NCBI GenBank assembly: GCA_964398865.1
Contig: CAYNOO010000001.1
Location: 43,661-107,660 of the forward strand
Length of the DNA stretch: 64,000 nucleotides
Origin: an uncultured Candidatus Saccharibacteria bacterium
GTDB taxonomy: Bacteria > Patescibacteriota > Minisyncoccia > Phycocordibacterales > Phycocordibacteraceae
Direction of reading: 5' to 3'
The notes under the pieces: generated by a model
Databases searched by the model: none
What the model was told of the DNA's origin: nothing
Seen by the model: the letters and a program-made list of their open reading frames with translations, nothing else
Shown here: in pieces, positions 24,585 to 35,098 of the stretch
How positions within the stretch are numbered: the first letter of the stretch is position 1
Layout of the letters: the number at the start of each line of letters is the position of its first letter
Program-made: the position numbers and the translations under genes

Positions 24585-27026
24585 CTATTGTTTTAAAGGC
24601 TTCATTTCTCCCCAATTGAACCCGATGGAGGAGGAGGAAAGGATGGGGACGTCTTTTGTCATATCCCTCGGCACTATTGACTGCATGTGCCCAAGAATTT
24701 TTGGAGCGAGCTCTTCTACTTTTTCTTTTCGTATTTCGAAAATAAGCTCATCGTGTACTTGAAGTATGAGGTACGCCTCTCCTTTATATTGTTCCCGCAA
24801 AAGAGTATTAATCTCGACCATGGCGAGCTTGATGATGTCGGCTTGCGTCCCCTGCATCGGCGCATTTAGCGCCTGCCGCTCTGCCTCAGAGCGGACGAAG
24901 GGCAGCTTTGAGCGAAGCCCCGGGAAAAAACGTTTCCTGCCGAAGAGCGTTTTCGTATAGCCAAGCCTGGACGCATCCGCTTTTACTTTAGTGAGGTACG
25001 CAGCAAGCCCTGCAAAGTTTGCAAAGTAATCTGTGAGGTACGCCTGCGCCTCGGCGCGGTCAACTTTTTGTCCTCCGGTATCGAGATTCATCTTGAGGGC
25101 ATTCACGCCCATGCCATAGAGGATGCCAAAGTTAATGACTTTTGCCCTGCGGCGCATCTCCGCATCAACTTTCTCGGGCGATACTTTAAAAACGGCTGCG
25201 GCAACAGCTGCGTGCACGTCTTCTCCGCGCTTAAAAATCTCAATAAGCTTTTCGTCCCCCGAAAGAAGCGCCGCGATGCGCAATTCTATTTGCGAATAGT
25301 CGAATGCCGCGAGCACAAAGCCTGGGGTAGCGACAAACGCATTACGGATACGCCGACCAAGCTCAGTCTTAATAGGAATATTCTGCAACCCCGGATCCTT
25401 TGAAGCCATGCGACCAGTTGCGGCGCCCGTCTGAATAAATGTGGTATGTAAACGGCTCTCCTTGTCCAAGAGAGGCGGAATCGCGTCGATGTACGTACCT
25501 AATAGTTTGGAGAGACTGCGGTAGGCGAGGATATCCTTGATGATAGGATGCGCATCTTTAAGCTTTACTAATTCAGATTCTTTAGTTGAGAGCTGTCCGG
25601 TTGCTGTCTTTTTTTGACGCTTACCCTCTATGCCGATACCGAGCTTAGTAAAAAGTATATCCCCTAATTGCTTAGGCGAGCTTATATTAAATTCTGTGCC
25701 CGCGTGAGCATGTATTTTTTTCTCGAGTTTCGCAAGCTCTTTCGTATATTCATGGGACAGGTCTTTTAAGTACGGCGCGTCGATCAGCACGCCGCGCTTA
25801 TTCATAGCTTCGATTACTGGAATAAGTGGTTTCTCAATATTTTCGAAGACCTCTAGCAATTCTTCCTTTCGTATCTTGACACTCAGCTTTTCATGCGCCT
25901 CCGGAAGGGTTTTCGACTTCGTGTTCGCAAGTACATCGTCAAGTGTCGGGTTTGTCAGGTCTGACTGCGTGAGCCAGAGCATCACACACGCTTCCGCAAA
26001 AATCTGCTTCTCGGCTGGCAACACTGTTTCTATCGCGGACAATGATTGCTGCCGCGGCGCATCGCCTTCTTCATTCTTTTCTGCCTTTGCGACTTTGGCT
26101 GGCTTTCCCAGAAGTGCGCTCATTCTCGGCACGAGAGAGCGAAACCCGAGGTCTGTGAAAAGAGCCGTGGCGTGCGCACTATCGAGCGTATCAACAAACG
26201 GTTTAGTGGGCTCCTTGAAATCAATCGGTGCGTCTATTCGAATGGTCGCAAGTACTTTTGAAAATTCCGCCTCGTCTTCATGCTCTCGAACAAGAGCGAC
26301 ATTCCGCTCTGAAAAACCAGCTTCTTTCCATTTCTCAGGAGTCCATTTCTTGCTGTGTATTGCCTTATACACTCCCTCCATTGAATCGAATGTTTGCAGG
26401 AGCTTCGTTGCCGTCTTCTCTCCGACACCAGGAATTCCGATGATGTTGTCTGACGGGTCCCCCGCGAATCCTTTGTAGTCAGGAATCCTCTCCGGCAAGA
26501 AACCGTAGCGCGCGAGCACTGCTTTCTCGTCATAAAGAATAGTGTCCTGGATTCCGCGCCGGAGCGTAAAGACTTTTACGCGCTCGTCATCGACTAATTG
26601 CAACGTATCCATGTCTCCTGACGCGATGATGACATCGAATTTCTTTTTTGCACTCGTCGCAATGGTGCCAATCACATCATCAGCCTCGAATCCTGGTACC
26701 TCGTAGATAGGGATGCCGAAAGCTGAAAGCACGTCGCGTGACCGCGTTATCTGTACCACGAGAGAACTATCAAGTTCCGGGCGTTTTGCCTTGTACTCTT
26801 TGTACACTTCGTGCCGGTGCGTAGGTCCGGGAAGGTCATAGGCTGCGACAACGTGGTCGGGTTTTAAATCCTTAATTATCTTGATGAGCATCGCGGCAAG
26901 ACCATAGACGGCATTGACGGGTTCCCCTGAAGGAGATGAGAGTTCAGGCAGCGCATGATATGCACGATGTATGATCGCGTGCGTATCAAGAAGGATGAGT
27001 GTTTCTTTTTTCTTATTCGCGCTCAT
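24585..27026 (-). CDS. polA: DNA polymerase I (5'-3' exonuclease plus polymerase; 3'-5' exo region reduced)
   Basis: LLD.HA..HRAYHA, GFEADDVIGT, GDPSDNI.GIPGVGEKTA, TGRMAS.DP.LQNIP, DYSQIELR, AKVINFGILYG, LQVHDELIFE. Confidence 0.97.
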   Translation of the reverse strand: MSANKKKETLILLDTHAIIHRAYHALPELSSPSGEPVNAVYGLAAMLIKIIKDLKPDHVVAAYDLPGPTHRHEVYKEYKAKRPELDSSLVVQITRSRDVLSAFGIPIYEVPGFEADDVIGTIATSAKKKFDVIIASGDMDTLQLVDDERVKVFTLRRGIQDTILYDEKAVLARYGFLPERIPDYKGFAGDPSDNIIGIPGVGEKTATKLLQTFDSMEGVYKAIHSKKWTPEKWKEAGFSERNVALVREHEDEAEFSKVLATIRIDAPIDFKEPTKPFVDTLDSAHATALFTDLGFRSLVPRMSALLGKPAKVAKAEKNEEGDAPRQQSLSAIETVLPAEKQIFAEACVMLWLTQSDLTNPTLDDVLANTKSKTLPEAHEKLSVKIRKEELLEVFENIEKPLIPVIEAMNKRGVLIDAPYLKDLSHEYTKELAKLEKKIHAHAGTEFNISSPKQLGDILFTKLGIGIEGKRQKKTATGQLSTKESELVKLKDAHPIIKDILAYRSLSKLLGTYIDAIPPLLDKESRLHTTFIQTGAATGRMASKDPGLQNIPIKTELGRRIRNAFVATPGFVLAAFDYSQIELRIAALLSGDEKLIEIFKRGEDVHAAVAAAVFKVSPEKVDAEMRRRAKVINFGILYGMGVNALKMNLDTGGQKVDRAEAQAYLTDYFANFAGLAAYLTKVKADASRLGYTKTLFGRKRFFPGLRSKLPFVRSEAERQALNAPMQGTQADIIKLAMVEINTLLREQYKGEAYLILQVHDELIFEIRKEKVEELAPKILGHMQSIVPRDMTKDVPILSSSSIGFNWGEMKPLKQ

Positions 27027-27451
27027 GTTTTTTCTTCAATATCCCTAACAGTGTCGCCAACGACCGTAAACTGCAAACCACGTGCCTCTTTCGGCACCCC
27101 TCCAGGAATCCGGTCAGGCCATTCAATTAAGATAAGGTTTGCTGGATTTTCCAGATAGCTGTTCCATCCGACCGTATCTCTATCCATTTTCTCCAAACGA
27201 TACGCGTCAATGTGAACGAGGCGTTCAAACACTGGGTGCGTGATTGGATATGCTTGCGCTACAACAAATGTTGGGCTCGTTACGCTTCTTTGTACACCAA
27301 GGACTTTCGCGACTTCTTGTACGAACGCGGTCTTACCGGCGCCAAGCTCCCCCGAAAGTCCAATAACATGAGCTTTCTCGCTTCGCCGTTTCGGAAGACT
27401 TTCCACGAAATGCCCTGCAAATTCTCTTAGGTCATCTCGAGAAACTTTCAT
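27023..27451 (-). CDS. tsaE: tRNA threonylcarbamoyladenosine biosynthesis ATPase TsaE
   Basis: LSGELGAGKT, VTSPTF, HIDAYRL, LIEWP. Confidence 0.95.
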   Translation of the reverse strand: MKVSRDDLREFAGHFVESLPKRRSEKAHVIGLSGELGAGKTAFVQEVAKVLGVQRSVTSPTFVVAQAYPITHPVFERLVHIDAYRLEKMDRDTVGWNSYLENPANLILIEWPDRIPGGVPKEARGLQFTVVGDTVRDIEEKT

Positions 27452-27537
27452 CTAACAATCTTACTATAGGTACCCATCTTCCCCGCCCAGAGCTCCAATT
27501 TTGGGTCGGTCAAAGCTAAATAAGGTACTATTTGCCT

Positions 27538-29211
27538 ATGGCACAAACTGATGACACTGATATAAAACTCGGAGAACTGCAACGAAGAGAGGAGGAGGAG
27601 CTCGCGCTCATGCTCTCACACCGGTATAAAATTCGGTACATAGACTTGACGCGCGTTTCCATAAACACGGACGCACTTCGTCTTATTGAAGAGCCGGTAG
27701 CTCGCCTCGCCGAAGTGGCGGCGTTCGAGATAGTAGGAAAGAAACTGACGCTTGCGGTACGCTCCCCGCAGCACCCTAAGCTCCCTGCACTCTTGGAGGA
27801 CTTAGGAAAACTAGGATACGACATTGAGGAAGTGATGGTGTCGCGAGTATCGTTGGACAGAGCATGGGAACACTACAAAGATCTATCGTTTGCGGTTGAA
27901 TCGAAGCAAGGGGTGCTCGATGTTTCGCCGGAAGAATTGAAAAAGGCTATCGGGAGTATTCATACCATAGAAGACATCCAAAAATCGGTTGCGAGCGTTA
28001 CCGAGATGAAACGTGCATATCGTATTTCAAAAATCTTGGAAGTAGTGCTCGCCGGTGCATTTGCTGTGGATGCATCGGACATTCACATTGAACCCGAGCA
28101 GACACAAGTGCGCCTGCGCTATCGACTTGATGGTGTGCTGCATGATGTCATCAATTTCGATACGGACACTTCAAACCTTCTCTTGTCTCGCCTGAAACTT
28201 CTCTCGGGTCTCAAGCTGAACCTGAAGAGTCGCCCACAAGATGGACGATTCAGCCTCGTCATGGACAATAAAGAGATAGAAATACGAACCTCGGTGATCC
28301 CTGGCGCATACGGAGAAACGGTCGTGATGCGTCTTCTGAACCCAGAAACTATTTCGGTACCCTTTGAGGCCTTGGGTATGGAGCCAAAATTACGCGCACT
28401 CGTCGAGCGTGAAATCGGAAATCCGAATGGCATGCTCTTAAACACTGGTCCGACAGGCAGCGGAAAGACGACCACGCTTTACGCATGCATGAAAAAGATT
28501 AACTCTTCTGAAATAAAAATTATTACGATTGAAGACCCTGTCGAATATCACGTCGCCGGACTCGTTCAAACGCAGGTGGATGAAAAAAATTACACGTTCC
28601 TCCAGGGGCTCCGCTCAGCGCTCCGCCAGGATCCAGATGTCATCATGATTGGCGAAATCCGCGACGAAGAAGTCGCGAAAACCGCGATTGACGCCGCCTT
28701 AACTGGACACTTTGTTTTCTCGACGTTGCACACGAATGACGCGGCCGGCTCGTTCCCCCGTCTTGTCGATCTCGGCGTTGATCCGAAAGTATTTGGTTCG
28801 GCAATAAACATCGCTATGGCACAACGATTAGTGCGCGTGCTCTGTAAAGTTTGCAAAAAACAAGTTCCGCTTGAGGGTAAGGACAAGGAACGGGTCGAAA
28901 CTGTGCTCGCTGGCTTGCGTGATAAAAGTGCCATTCCTGCCGACGTATCAAAAGTATTCGAGCCAGTGGGTTGTTCTGCTTGTAACAATACTGGCTTCAA
29001 AGGTCGTATTGGAGTATTTGAAGCAGTGGTCATTGATACGGAAATGGACACGCTCCTACGCACCTCCCCTTCAGAACATGAGATACAACAACTTCAGCGA
29101 ACCAAAGAGATACTCACTATGGTTGAGGATGGAGTTATGAAGGTCTTAAACGGCGTTACTTCCCTTACGGAACTCAATCGCGTCGTCTTGATAGAGGAAA
29201 CCCTCAAATAG
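27538..29211 (+). CDS. GspE/PilB family pilus assembly ATPase
   Basis: ASDIHIEP, RPQDGRF, GPTGSGKTTTLY, TIEDPVEY, LRQDPDVIMIGEIRD, TGH..FSTLHTN, two CxxC pairs. Confidence 0.95.
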   Translation: MAQTDDTDIKLGELQRREEEELALMLSHRYKIRYIDLTRVSINTDALRLIEEPVARLAEVAAFEIVGKKLTLAVRSPQHPKLPALLEDLGKLGYDIEEVMVSRVSLDRAWEHYKDLSFAVESKQGVLDVSPEELKKAIGSIHTIEDIQKSVASVTEMKRAYRISKILEVVLAGAFAVDASDIHIEPEQTQVRLRYRLDGVLHDVINFDTDTSNLLLSRLKLLSGLKLNLKSRPQDGRFSLVMDNKEIEIRTSVIPGAYGETVVMRLLNPETISVPFEALGMEPKLRALVEREIGNPNGMLLNTGPTGSGKTTTLYACMKKINSSEIKIITIEDPVEYHVAGLVQTQVDEKNYTFLQGLRSALRQDPDVIMIGEIRDEEVAKTAIDAALTGHFVFSTLHTNDAAGSFPRLVDLGVDPKVFGSAINIAMAQRLVRVLCKVCKKQVPLEGKDKERVETVLAGLRDKSAIPADVSKVFEPVGCSACNNTGFKGRIGVFEAVVIDTEMDTLLRTSPSEHEIQQLQRTKEILTMVEDGVMKVLNGVTSLTELNRVVLIEETLK

Positions 29212-29234
29212 ACCTCTGCCCCAACAAATAAAAA

Positions 29235-29364
29235 ACCGCACCCCTCTAAACAACGCTTTGCGAATGGTGGAACAGATGATGAGGAGATCGCCAGAGGATG
29301 ACCGAAGTCATTTTTCCAGCGAATCCTTACAGTGATGCCACGGCGTTGCTTAGATGAGCACGGC
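29235..29364 (-). ncRNA. candidate rod-shaped ncRNA (6S RNA-like)
   Basis: 22-bp terminal stem with G-U pairs only on the minus strand, central bubble, apical stem capped by cUUCGg, followed by a U-tract. Confidence 0.6.
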
Positions 29365-29424
29365 TTCTTATACAAGAAAACCCCTTTCGGGGCTATAATA
29401 TAATGCTAGCATAGGCTTTTAAGT

Positions 29425-30456
29425 ATGTCAAGGGCGCGCACAACCAATTTGGATTCGGACGATATCGCACCAAAAGAAGCGGGTGAGCGTGTTTTAGACC
29501 AAACACTTCGCCCAGAAGCCTGGGAAGAATATGTGGGGCAAGAGAACGTGAAAGAAAATCTCCGTGTGCTCATAGCGGCTGCAAGAGAGCGCAATCACGC
29601 GCCGGAACACACGCTTCTCTATGGACCGCCGGGTCTCGGTAAGACCACACTTGCGCATCTGATGGCGAAAGAGCTTGGTGCCAACATGCGCGCAACCGCA
29701 GGTCCCGTCATCGAGCGAGTGGGCGACCTTGCGGCGATTCTCACGAACCTAGAGCCAGGGGACGTTTTGTTCATTGACGAAATACACCGCTTGAATAAAA
29801 CCATCGAAGAAGTTTTATATCCTGCGATGGAGGCTGGAAAGCTCGACATAATTATCGGTAAAGGTCCCTCAGCGCGAACCATAGAACTTGCGCTCCCCTC
29901 GTTCACACTCGTGGGCGCTACCACCAGAATCGGTCTCATCTCGGCGCCCTTGCGTTCTCGATTCTCTGGGGGCGTGTTTCAACTTGATTTTTATTCTGAA
30001 AAAGAAATAGAAAGAATTCTTGCTCGCTCCGCACAAATTCTCGGCATTGAGGCAGATACGGACGCGCTTCAAGAAATCGCGAAACGTTCCCGAAAAACTC
30101 CGCGCACCGCAAACTATCTCTTGAAGCGCTCTCGCGACGTCGCGCAACTTGATCGCACGTCGCTGTCCAAAGTTGCCGCAGAAAAAGCGCTCGCCATGAT
30201 CGGCATTGATACTGCGGGTCTGACACCTTCTGACAGACGCATCCTTGAAGCACTCATCGGAAAATTCGGAGGGGGTCCCGTAGGCGTAAAGACCCTTGCT
30301 GCTGCTGCTGCTGAGGATGAGCAAACAATAGAAGATGTGTATGAACCTTATCTCATGCAAGAAGGCTTCTTGGAGCGTACGCCGCGAGGGCGTATTGTTA
30401 CCGCACGTGCACGCGAGCATTTAGGAAAACAAGGTGCGCAAAAAAAACTAATATGA
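29425..30456 (+). CDS. ruvB: Holliday junction branch migration helicase RuvB
   Basis: [34 protein letters not shown]....[24 protein letters not shown]. Confidence 0.98.
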   Translation: MSRARTTNLDSDDIAPKEAGERVLDQTLRPEAWEEYVGQENVKENLRVLIAAARERNHAPEHTLLYGPPGLGKTTLAHLMAKELGANMRATAGPVIERVGDLAAILTNLEPGDVLFIDEIHRLNKTIEEVLYPAMEAGKLDIIIGKGPSARTIELALPSFTLVGATTRIGLISAPLRSRFSGGVFQLDFYSEKEIERILARSAQILGIEADTDALQEIAKRSRKTPRTANYLLKRSRDVAQLDRTSLSKVAAEKALAMIGIDTAGLTPSDRRILEALIGKFGGGPVGVKTLAAAAAEDEQTIEDVYEPYLMQEGFLERTPRGRIVTARAREHLGKQGAQKKLI

Positions 30457-30785
30457 CATTACTCTCGGACACATTGAAAAAATGGGTAACGAAACAGGAA
30501 TCAATAATCTGGCAAGCCCAAAAGAAGGAGCGGGGGGATGCTTCACATCTGCTTGCCTATACCGCCAAGCTTGGCGAAGAAGTTGGGGAACTTGCAGAGC
30601 AGGTGCTTGCACGTTTCGGCTACCAGCGAAAATCGAAAGTTATGGCTCAGGGGGATGAGGAGCTTGCCGATGAGTGCGCGGATGTCATCATTGTCTCACT
30701 ATTTCTTGCTGAAGCAGCTGGAGTTGATATAGAAAAAGCCTTGGCACGAAAGATGGAAAAACTTGAGGTACGAAATAAGGAATAA
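30453..30785 (+). CDS. MazG-like NTP pyrophosphohydrolase
   Basis: [11 protein letters not shown]...ELADECADV....LA...GVDIE.AL..KM. Confidence 0.85.
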   Translation: MTLLSDTLKKWVTKQESIIWQAQKKERGDASHLLAYTAKLGEEVGELAEQVLARFGYQRKSKVMAQGDEELADECADVIIVSLFLAEAAGVDIEKALARKMEKLEVRNKE

Positions 30786-30803
30786 TAAAGAGCGCTTTCG
30801 TTC

Positions 30804-31298
30804 ATGTCTTCGCTGAAACCTGTAGTGATCGCTGTCGACCCAGGCTACGATCGAGTCGGTATTGCAGTGATGGAAGCGAGCGAGCTCATTCATTCAGAGT
30901 GCTTCACTCCACCCAAAGGTTCTTTTCCTGAAAGACTCGGAGCAGTATTTCAGCGAGTAAGTGATGTTATAAAAAAATACGCACCTGGTGCACTCGCTAT
31001 AGAAACTCTTTTTTTCACTAAAAATCAAAAGACGGCTATACATGTGGCGGAAGCGCGAGGAGTCATAACGCTTGCAGGAGTGGAGGCGGGCATCCCGATC
31101 TTTGAGTACTCCCCGCAAGAAGTGAAGATAGCAGTCACAGGCTCAGGAAACGCAAACAAGAAGGGTGTCATCAGGATGGTGGATATGCTCGTGCCTATGG
31201 CTACAAAAATGCGACACGATGATGAATACGATGCGATAGCACTCGCGATAGCACATCAATCGAGCGCTAAGTTCAGGCAGGCTCGAAAAAACAAATAG
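30804..31298 (+). CDS. ruvC: Holliday junction resolvase RuvC
   Basis: AVDPGY..VG, AIETLFF.KN, AEARGVI, EYSP.EVK.AVTG.G.A.K, DD..DA.A.A. Confidence 0.96.
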   Translation: MSSLKPVVIAVDPGYDRVGIAVMEASELIHSECFTPPKGSFPERLGAVFQRVSDVIKKYAPGALAIETLFFTKNQKTAIHVAEARGVITLAGVEAGIPIFEYSPQEVKIAVTGSGNANKKGVIRMVDMLVPMATKMRHDDEYDAIALAIAHQSSAKFRQARKNK

Positions 31299-31397
31299 AA
31301 TCGGGGGCTTTGGCGTTTTCCCCTCTCTTACTTGTGCGATGCCTTGCCAAGAAATAACGTTTTGGTACAAATAGGGCGTTAGAAAATATAAACTCTC

Positions 31398-31529
31398 ATG
31401 CCTAAAGACCTGAAAAAGAAAGGATTCGAAGAAGAGGAAGAGGATGCGCTTCTGACTCCTCCTAGCGCAGAAGATCTTGTGGACGAAGAAGAGGAAGATC
31501 TTTTCGGAGACGAAGATGATATGCTCTGA
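31398..31529 (+). CDS. small highly acidic protein (43 aa, not in the ORF track)
   Basis: MPKDLKKKGFEEEEEDALLTPPSAEDLVDEEEEDLFGDEDDML*, followed immediately by a terminator. Confidence 0.6.
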   Translation: MPKDLKKKGFEEEEEDALLTPPSAEDLVDEEEEDLFGDEDDML

Positions 31530-31532
31530 CGA

Positions 31533-31570
31533 AAAAATAAAACCCGATCCAGTGTCGGGTTTTATTTTTT
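31533..31570. terminator. bidirectional intrinsic terminator
   Basis: AAAAAATAAAACCCGA-tccagtg-TCGGGTTTTATTTTTT. Confidence 0.85.
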
Positions 31571-32764
31571 CTGTATAGAAAGAAAACGATGCTTTCCTAT
31601 ACGGAGCACGACGCCATTTTCGGGTTGAAAGTTAGCGTCAGTAATTTTTGTATCGCTTCCCGCGATACGCACAGCGCCATCAGCTATCAGGCGGCGCCAT
31701 TCTGTCTTAGAGGCAATTACGTTATTACGGATGAGCAGCTCAATAAATGCCTCCCCGGGCATGATGCTATATGTCGGTACCTCCGTAGGAACTTCTCCTT
31801 TTGAAAAAGCGGAAACGAAATGCTCCCCGGCTTTCTTACTTAAAGATTCCCCATGGTACATTTGCACGATTTCAGTAGCAAGCGCAAATTTTGCATCACG
31901 AGGACCCTTTGTAAGAATATCTGTAACCATAGGTAGTGGTACGCGTGTGCAGTGTATGAAATATGTCTCGATGAGAGAGTCGGGGATGCTCATAACTTTC
32001 CCAAACATGTCTGCAGGTGCATCGTTGAGGTTTACCGTGTTGCCCCAGCTCGAACTCATCTTGCGTCCGTCAGTTCCCAAAATGAGCTCGCCCATCACAA
32101 TGTGTTGTGGTCGCTGCCCAGCTTTACTTTGTAGCACGCGACCGGCAAGCAAGTTAAAGCGCTGGTCCGTACCTCCAAGCTCTACATCAGCTTCTACAGC
32201 AACGCTGTCATATCCTTGCATGAGGGGATACAGAACTTCGCGCAGAGATACTCTCTTCCCTTCGTCCAGACGTCGCTTAATATTGTCGCGTGCGATGAAG
32301 TCAGCTACAGAAAATGCGTCGGCCTGATCACCAATCGCTGCATAATCCAATTTCAAAAGCCATTCAGAATTACGCCGTACTTCTAGTAGGCTTTTATCAA
32401 GTATCTTTTCCGCTTGGGAAACGTACGCGGCAAGATTTTTCTCAACCTCTTTGCGTGAAAGCATGGGGCGCTCGCTCTCCTTATCCGACGTGTCCCCGAC
32501 TACGCCGGTAGCATCCCCGATGATAAACACAACCATGTGCCCCAAGTTTTGAAAGTCCCGAAGTTTTAAGAGGGGTACTGCGCGCCCAATGTGAAGATTG
32601 GGGCTTGTCGGGTCAATACCAAGTTTGATGCGTAAACGCTTTCCAGATAAAAGGAGTTTTCGAAGCGACTCACTTCCAGGAATGACCTCAACAACACTCC
32701 TGGTCAAAAGGGTTTCAATTTTCTGAAGATCAGTACTTACCGGAGCCTTGCTTCTGAAAAACAT
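31562..32764 (-). CDS. tyrS: tyrosine--tRNA ligase
   Basis: KLGIDPTSP.LHIG, YPLMQGYDS, ELGGTDQ.FN, KMSSS, C-terminal S4 domain. Confidence 0.97.
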   Translation of the reverse strand: MFFRSKAPVSTDLQKIETLLTRSVVEVIPGSESLRKLLLSGKRLRIKLGIDPTSPNLHIGRAVPLLKLRDFQNLGHMVVFIIGDATGVVGDTSDKESERPMLSRKEVEKNLAAYVSQAEKILDKSLLEVRRNSEWLLKLDYAAIGDQADAFSVADFIARDNIKRRLDEGKRVSLREVLYPLMQGYDSVAVEADVELGGTDQRFNLLAGRVLQSKAGQRPQHIVMGELILGTDGRKMSSSWGNTVNLNDAPADMFGKVMSIPDSLIETYFIHCTRVPLPMVTDILTKGPRDAKFALATEIVQMYHGESLSKKAGEHFVSAFSKGEVPTEVPTYSIMPGEAFIELLIRNNVIASKTEWRRLIADGAVRIAGSDTKITDANFQPENGVVLRIGKHRFLSIQKK

Positions 32765-32850
32765 ATAATAAACTTTACCACGGAGCTATGAATGAGGGTT
32801 TCCGCTCTTATACCTAGCATCGGGGGTCTTCCCTTGCTACGATTCACTGT

Positions 32851-35034
32851 ATGCGCAAGCGGAGTTTTATCCGTAAACACAAGAGGGCAATTCTTCTTAT
32901 TGCCGGTTCGATAATCCTTTTCACCGTTGGCGCTCTTTCCATATGGGCAGCATCTTTGAAGATTCCTGACATCAAATCTTTAGAAACCCGAAAAGTTGAG
33001 CAGTCAACAAAAATCTATGACCGCACTGGCACCGTTCTCCTGGATGACCTGAGCGAGAACATGTCACGTACTGTTGTGTCGGACGATGAGATATCCTCCT
33101 ACATAAAGCAAGCGACTGTAGCTATAGAGGACTCGGAGTTTTACCATCATGCCGGCGTGCGCCCACTGGCGTTTTTGCGGGCAACTATCGTCAACGTACT
33201 TTCCCTCGGCTTTGAGCAAGGAGGCTCAACCATCACCCAGCAAGTCGTCAAAAATTCAATCCTCACCACCGACAAAACCATCGCGCGAAAGATAAAGGAA
33301 TGGATTCTGGCAATAAAACTTGAGCAAGTACTCACAAAGGAGCAAATTCTTGACCTCTACCTCAACGGGAATCCCTATGGCGGGGTCATTTACGGCGTTG
33401 AGGAAGCGAGTGAGCAATTTTTTAGCAAACACGCAAAGGATGTGTCCTTGGCTGAAGCGGCGTACCTCGCGGCACTGCCGCAAGCGCCCACATACTACTC
33501 ACCCTATGGCAACCATCGAGACGCGCTTGATTCGCGAAAAAATCTAGTGCTGTCACGCATGAAAGAACTCGGCTTCATAACTGAAGAGGCGTATAATGCG
33601 GCAAAAGCAGAAAACGTGTCCTTCGCCCCGCAGGCGCGAGGAGGTATACGGGCTCCGCATTTCGTCTTTTACGTACGAAGCCTTTTGGAACAAGAATTCG
33701 GCACAAGCGCCTTAGAGCAGTCAGGCTGGAGAATCATCACCACGCTCGATGCTGACCTTGAATCAAAAGCAGAGGAGGTAGTGAAAAGAAATGCGCTTGA
33801 GAATGAAAAAGATTTTAATGCTGAAAACGCAAGCATTGTCGCCATTGACCCAAAGACGGGAGACATCCTTACGATGGCAGGCTCTAGAGATTACTTTGAT
33901 AAGGAGATAAACGGAGCCTACAACATCGCTCTCGCGAAACGTCAGCCGGGTTCCTCTTTCAAGCCATTCGTATATGCAGCCGCATTCCTCAAGGGCTACA
34001 CGCCAAACACCATTCTTTTTGATGTCGCGACGCAGTTCTCGACAGCGTGCCCCGCGACAAGCCTAAGCGACACACCACCATGTTATGCGCCAGAAAATTT
34101 TGATAACAAATTTCTAGGACCCATGACTATACGGGATGCGCTTGCGCAGTCACGAAACATCCCCGCAGTGAAGGCGCTCTATCTTGTGGGAATCAATAAT
34201 GCGCTAACGCTCGCGCGCTCAATGGGCATCAGCACCCTCGGGAATGCAGCTCAGTACGGTCTTACTTTGGTCTTGGGCGGTGGGGAAGTGACGCCGCTTG
34301 ATATGACAAGCGGGTATGGCGTCTTTGCAAATGAGGGCATACGAAACCCGTATCGAGCAATACTTCGCATTGAAGATAAGAACGGAAATCAAGTAAAAGT
34401 GTACCCCCTATCGCCCGAGCGGGTGCTTGATGCAAACGTCGCACTGAATATCTCTGACATTCTCTCTGATAATGTAGCGCGTACCCCTGAGTTCGGGTCA
34501 GATTCGGCACTGAACTTTCCGGGTCGGCATGTGGCCGCAAAAACTGGTACGACTAATGATTATCGGGATGCTTGGATATTAGGCTACACACCAGACATCG
34601 CTGTCGGGGCATGGGCTGGAAATAACGACAACACGCCTATGGTAAAGAAAATCGCTGGCTTCATCGTTGCCCCTCTCTGGCATGAGTTCATGGAATACGC
34701 ACTCACCAAGTTCCCTAATACCCCCTTCCCTGAAGCGCGTAGTTTAGAGAGCACAAATGATAAACCAGTGCTCCGTGGCATCTGGCAAGGAGGTGATGCA
34801 GTGACTGTAGATGCCCAAACGGGTGCTCCGGTACCACCTGGCTTCAGTGGTCCCACCAAAAGTCGCATAACGGTATCCGCACACTCAATACTCTACTGGC
34901 TCAATAAAGACGACCCGCGAGGAGCGCAACCAAACAATCCAAATGACGATCCCCAGTTTGTGCGGTGGGATTGGGGGGTGCGTGCATGGGCAGCACAACA
35001 CGGCGTCGTAGACGGAACTACAATCATTCAGTAA
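32851..35034 (+). CDS. class A penicillin-binding protein (transglycosylase/transpeptidase)
   Basis: AIED.EFY.H.G, QGGSTITQQ.VKN, RKIKE, QPGSSFKP (SxxK), SRN, KTGT. Confidence 0.96.
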   Translation: MRKRSFIRKHKRAILLIAGSIILFTVGALSIWAASLKIPDIKSLETRKVEQSTKIYDRTGTVLLDDLSENMSRTVVSDDEISSYIKQATVAIEDSEFYHHAGVRPLAFLRATIVNVLSLGFEQGGSTITQQVVKNSILTTDKTIARKIKEWILAIKLEQVLTKEQILDLYLNGNPYGGVIYGVEEASEQFFSKHAKDVSLAEAAYLAALPQAPTYYSPYGNHRDALDSRKNLVLSRMKELGFITEEAYNAAKAENVSFAPQARGGIRAPHFVFYVRSLLEQEFGTSALEQSGWRIITTLDADLESKAEEVVKRNALENEKDFNAENASIVAIDPKTGDILTMAGSRDYFDKEINGAYNIALAKRQPGSSFKPFVYAAAFLKGYTPNTILFDVATQFSTACPATSLSDTPPCYAPENFDNKFLGPMTIRDALAQSRNIPAVKALYLVGINNALTLARSMGISTLGNAAQYGLTLVLGGGEVTPLDMTSGYGVFANEGIRNPYRAILRIEDKNGNQVKVYPLSPERVLDANVALNISDILSDNVARTPEFGSDSALNFPGRHVAAKTGTTNDYRDAWILGYTPDIAVGAWAGNNDNTPMVKKIAGFIVAPLWHEFMEYALTKFPNTPFPEARSLESTNDKPVLRGIWQGGDAVTVDAQTGAPVPPGFSGPTKSRITVSAHSILYWLNKDDPRGAQPNNPNDDPQFVRWDWGVRAWAAQHGVVDGTTIIQ

Positions 35035-35098
35035 AACAAGTGGGCACAAAGCAGTTTACAGATAGAAAAACCGCCAACTGCTTTCTGCCAACTATCTT

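Noticed and set aside
25876-26478. Long antisense ORFs over polA, dnaN, virB4, tyrS and others
   Set aside because: Shadow frames of well-supported genes with no recognisable motifs
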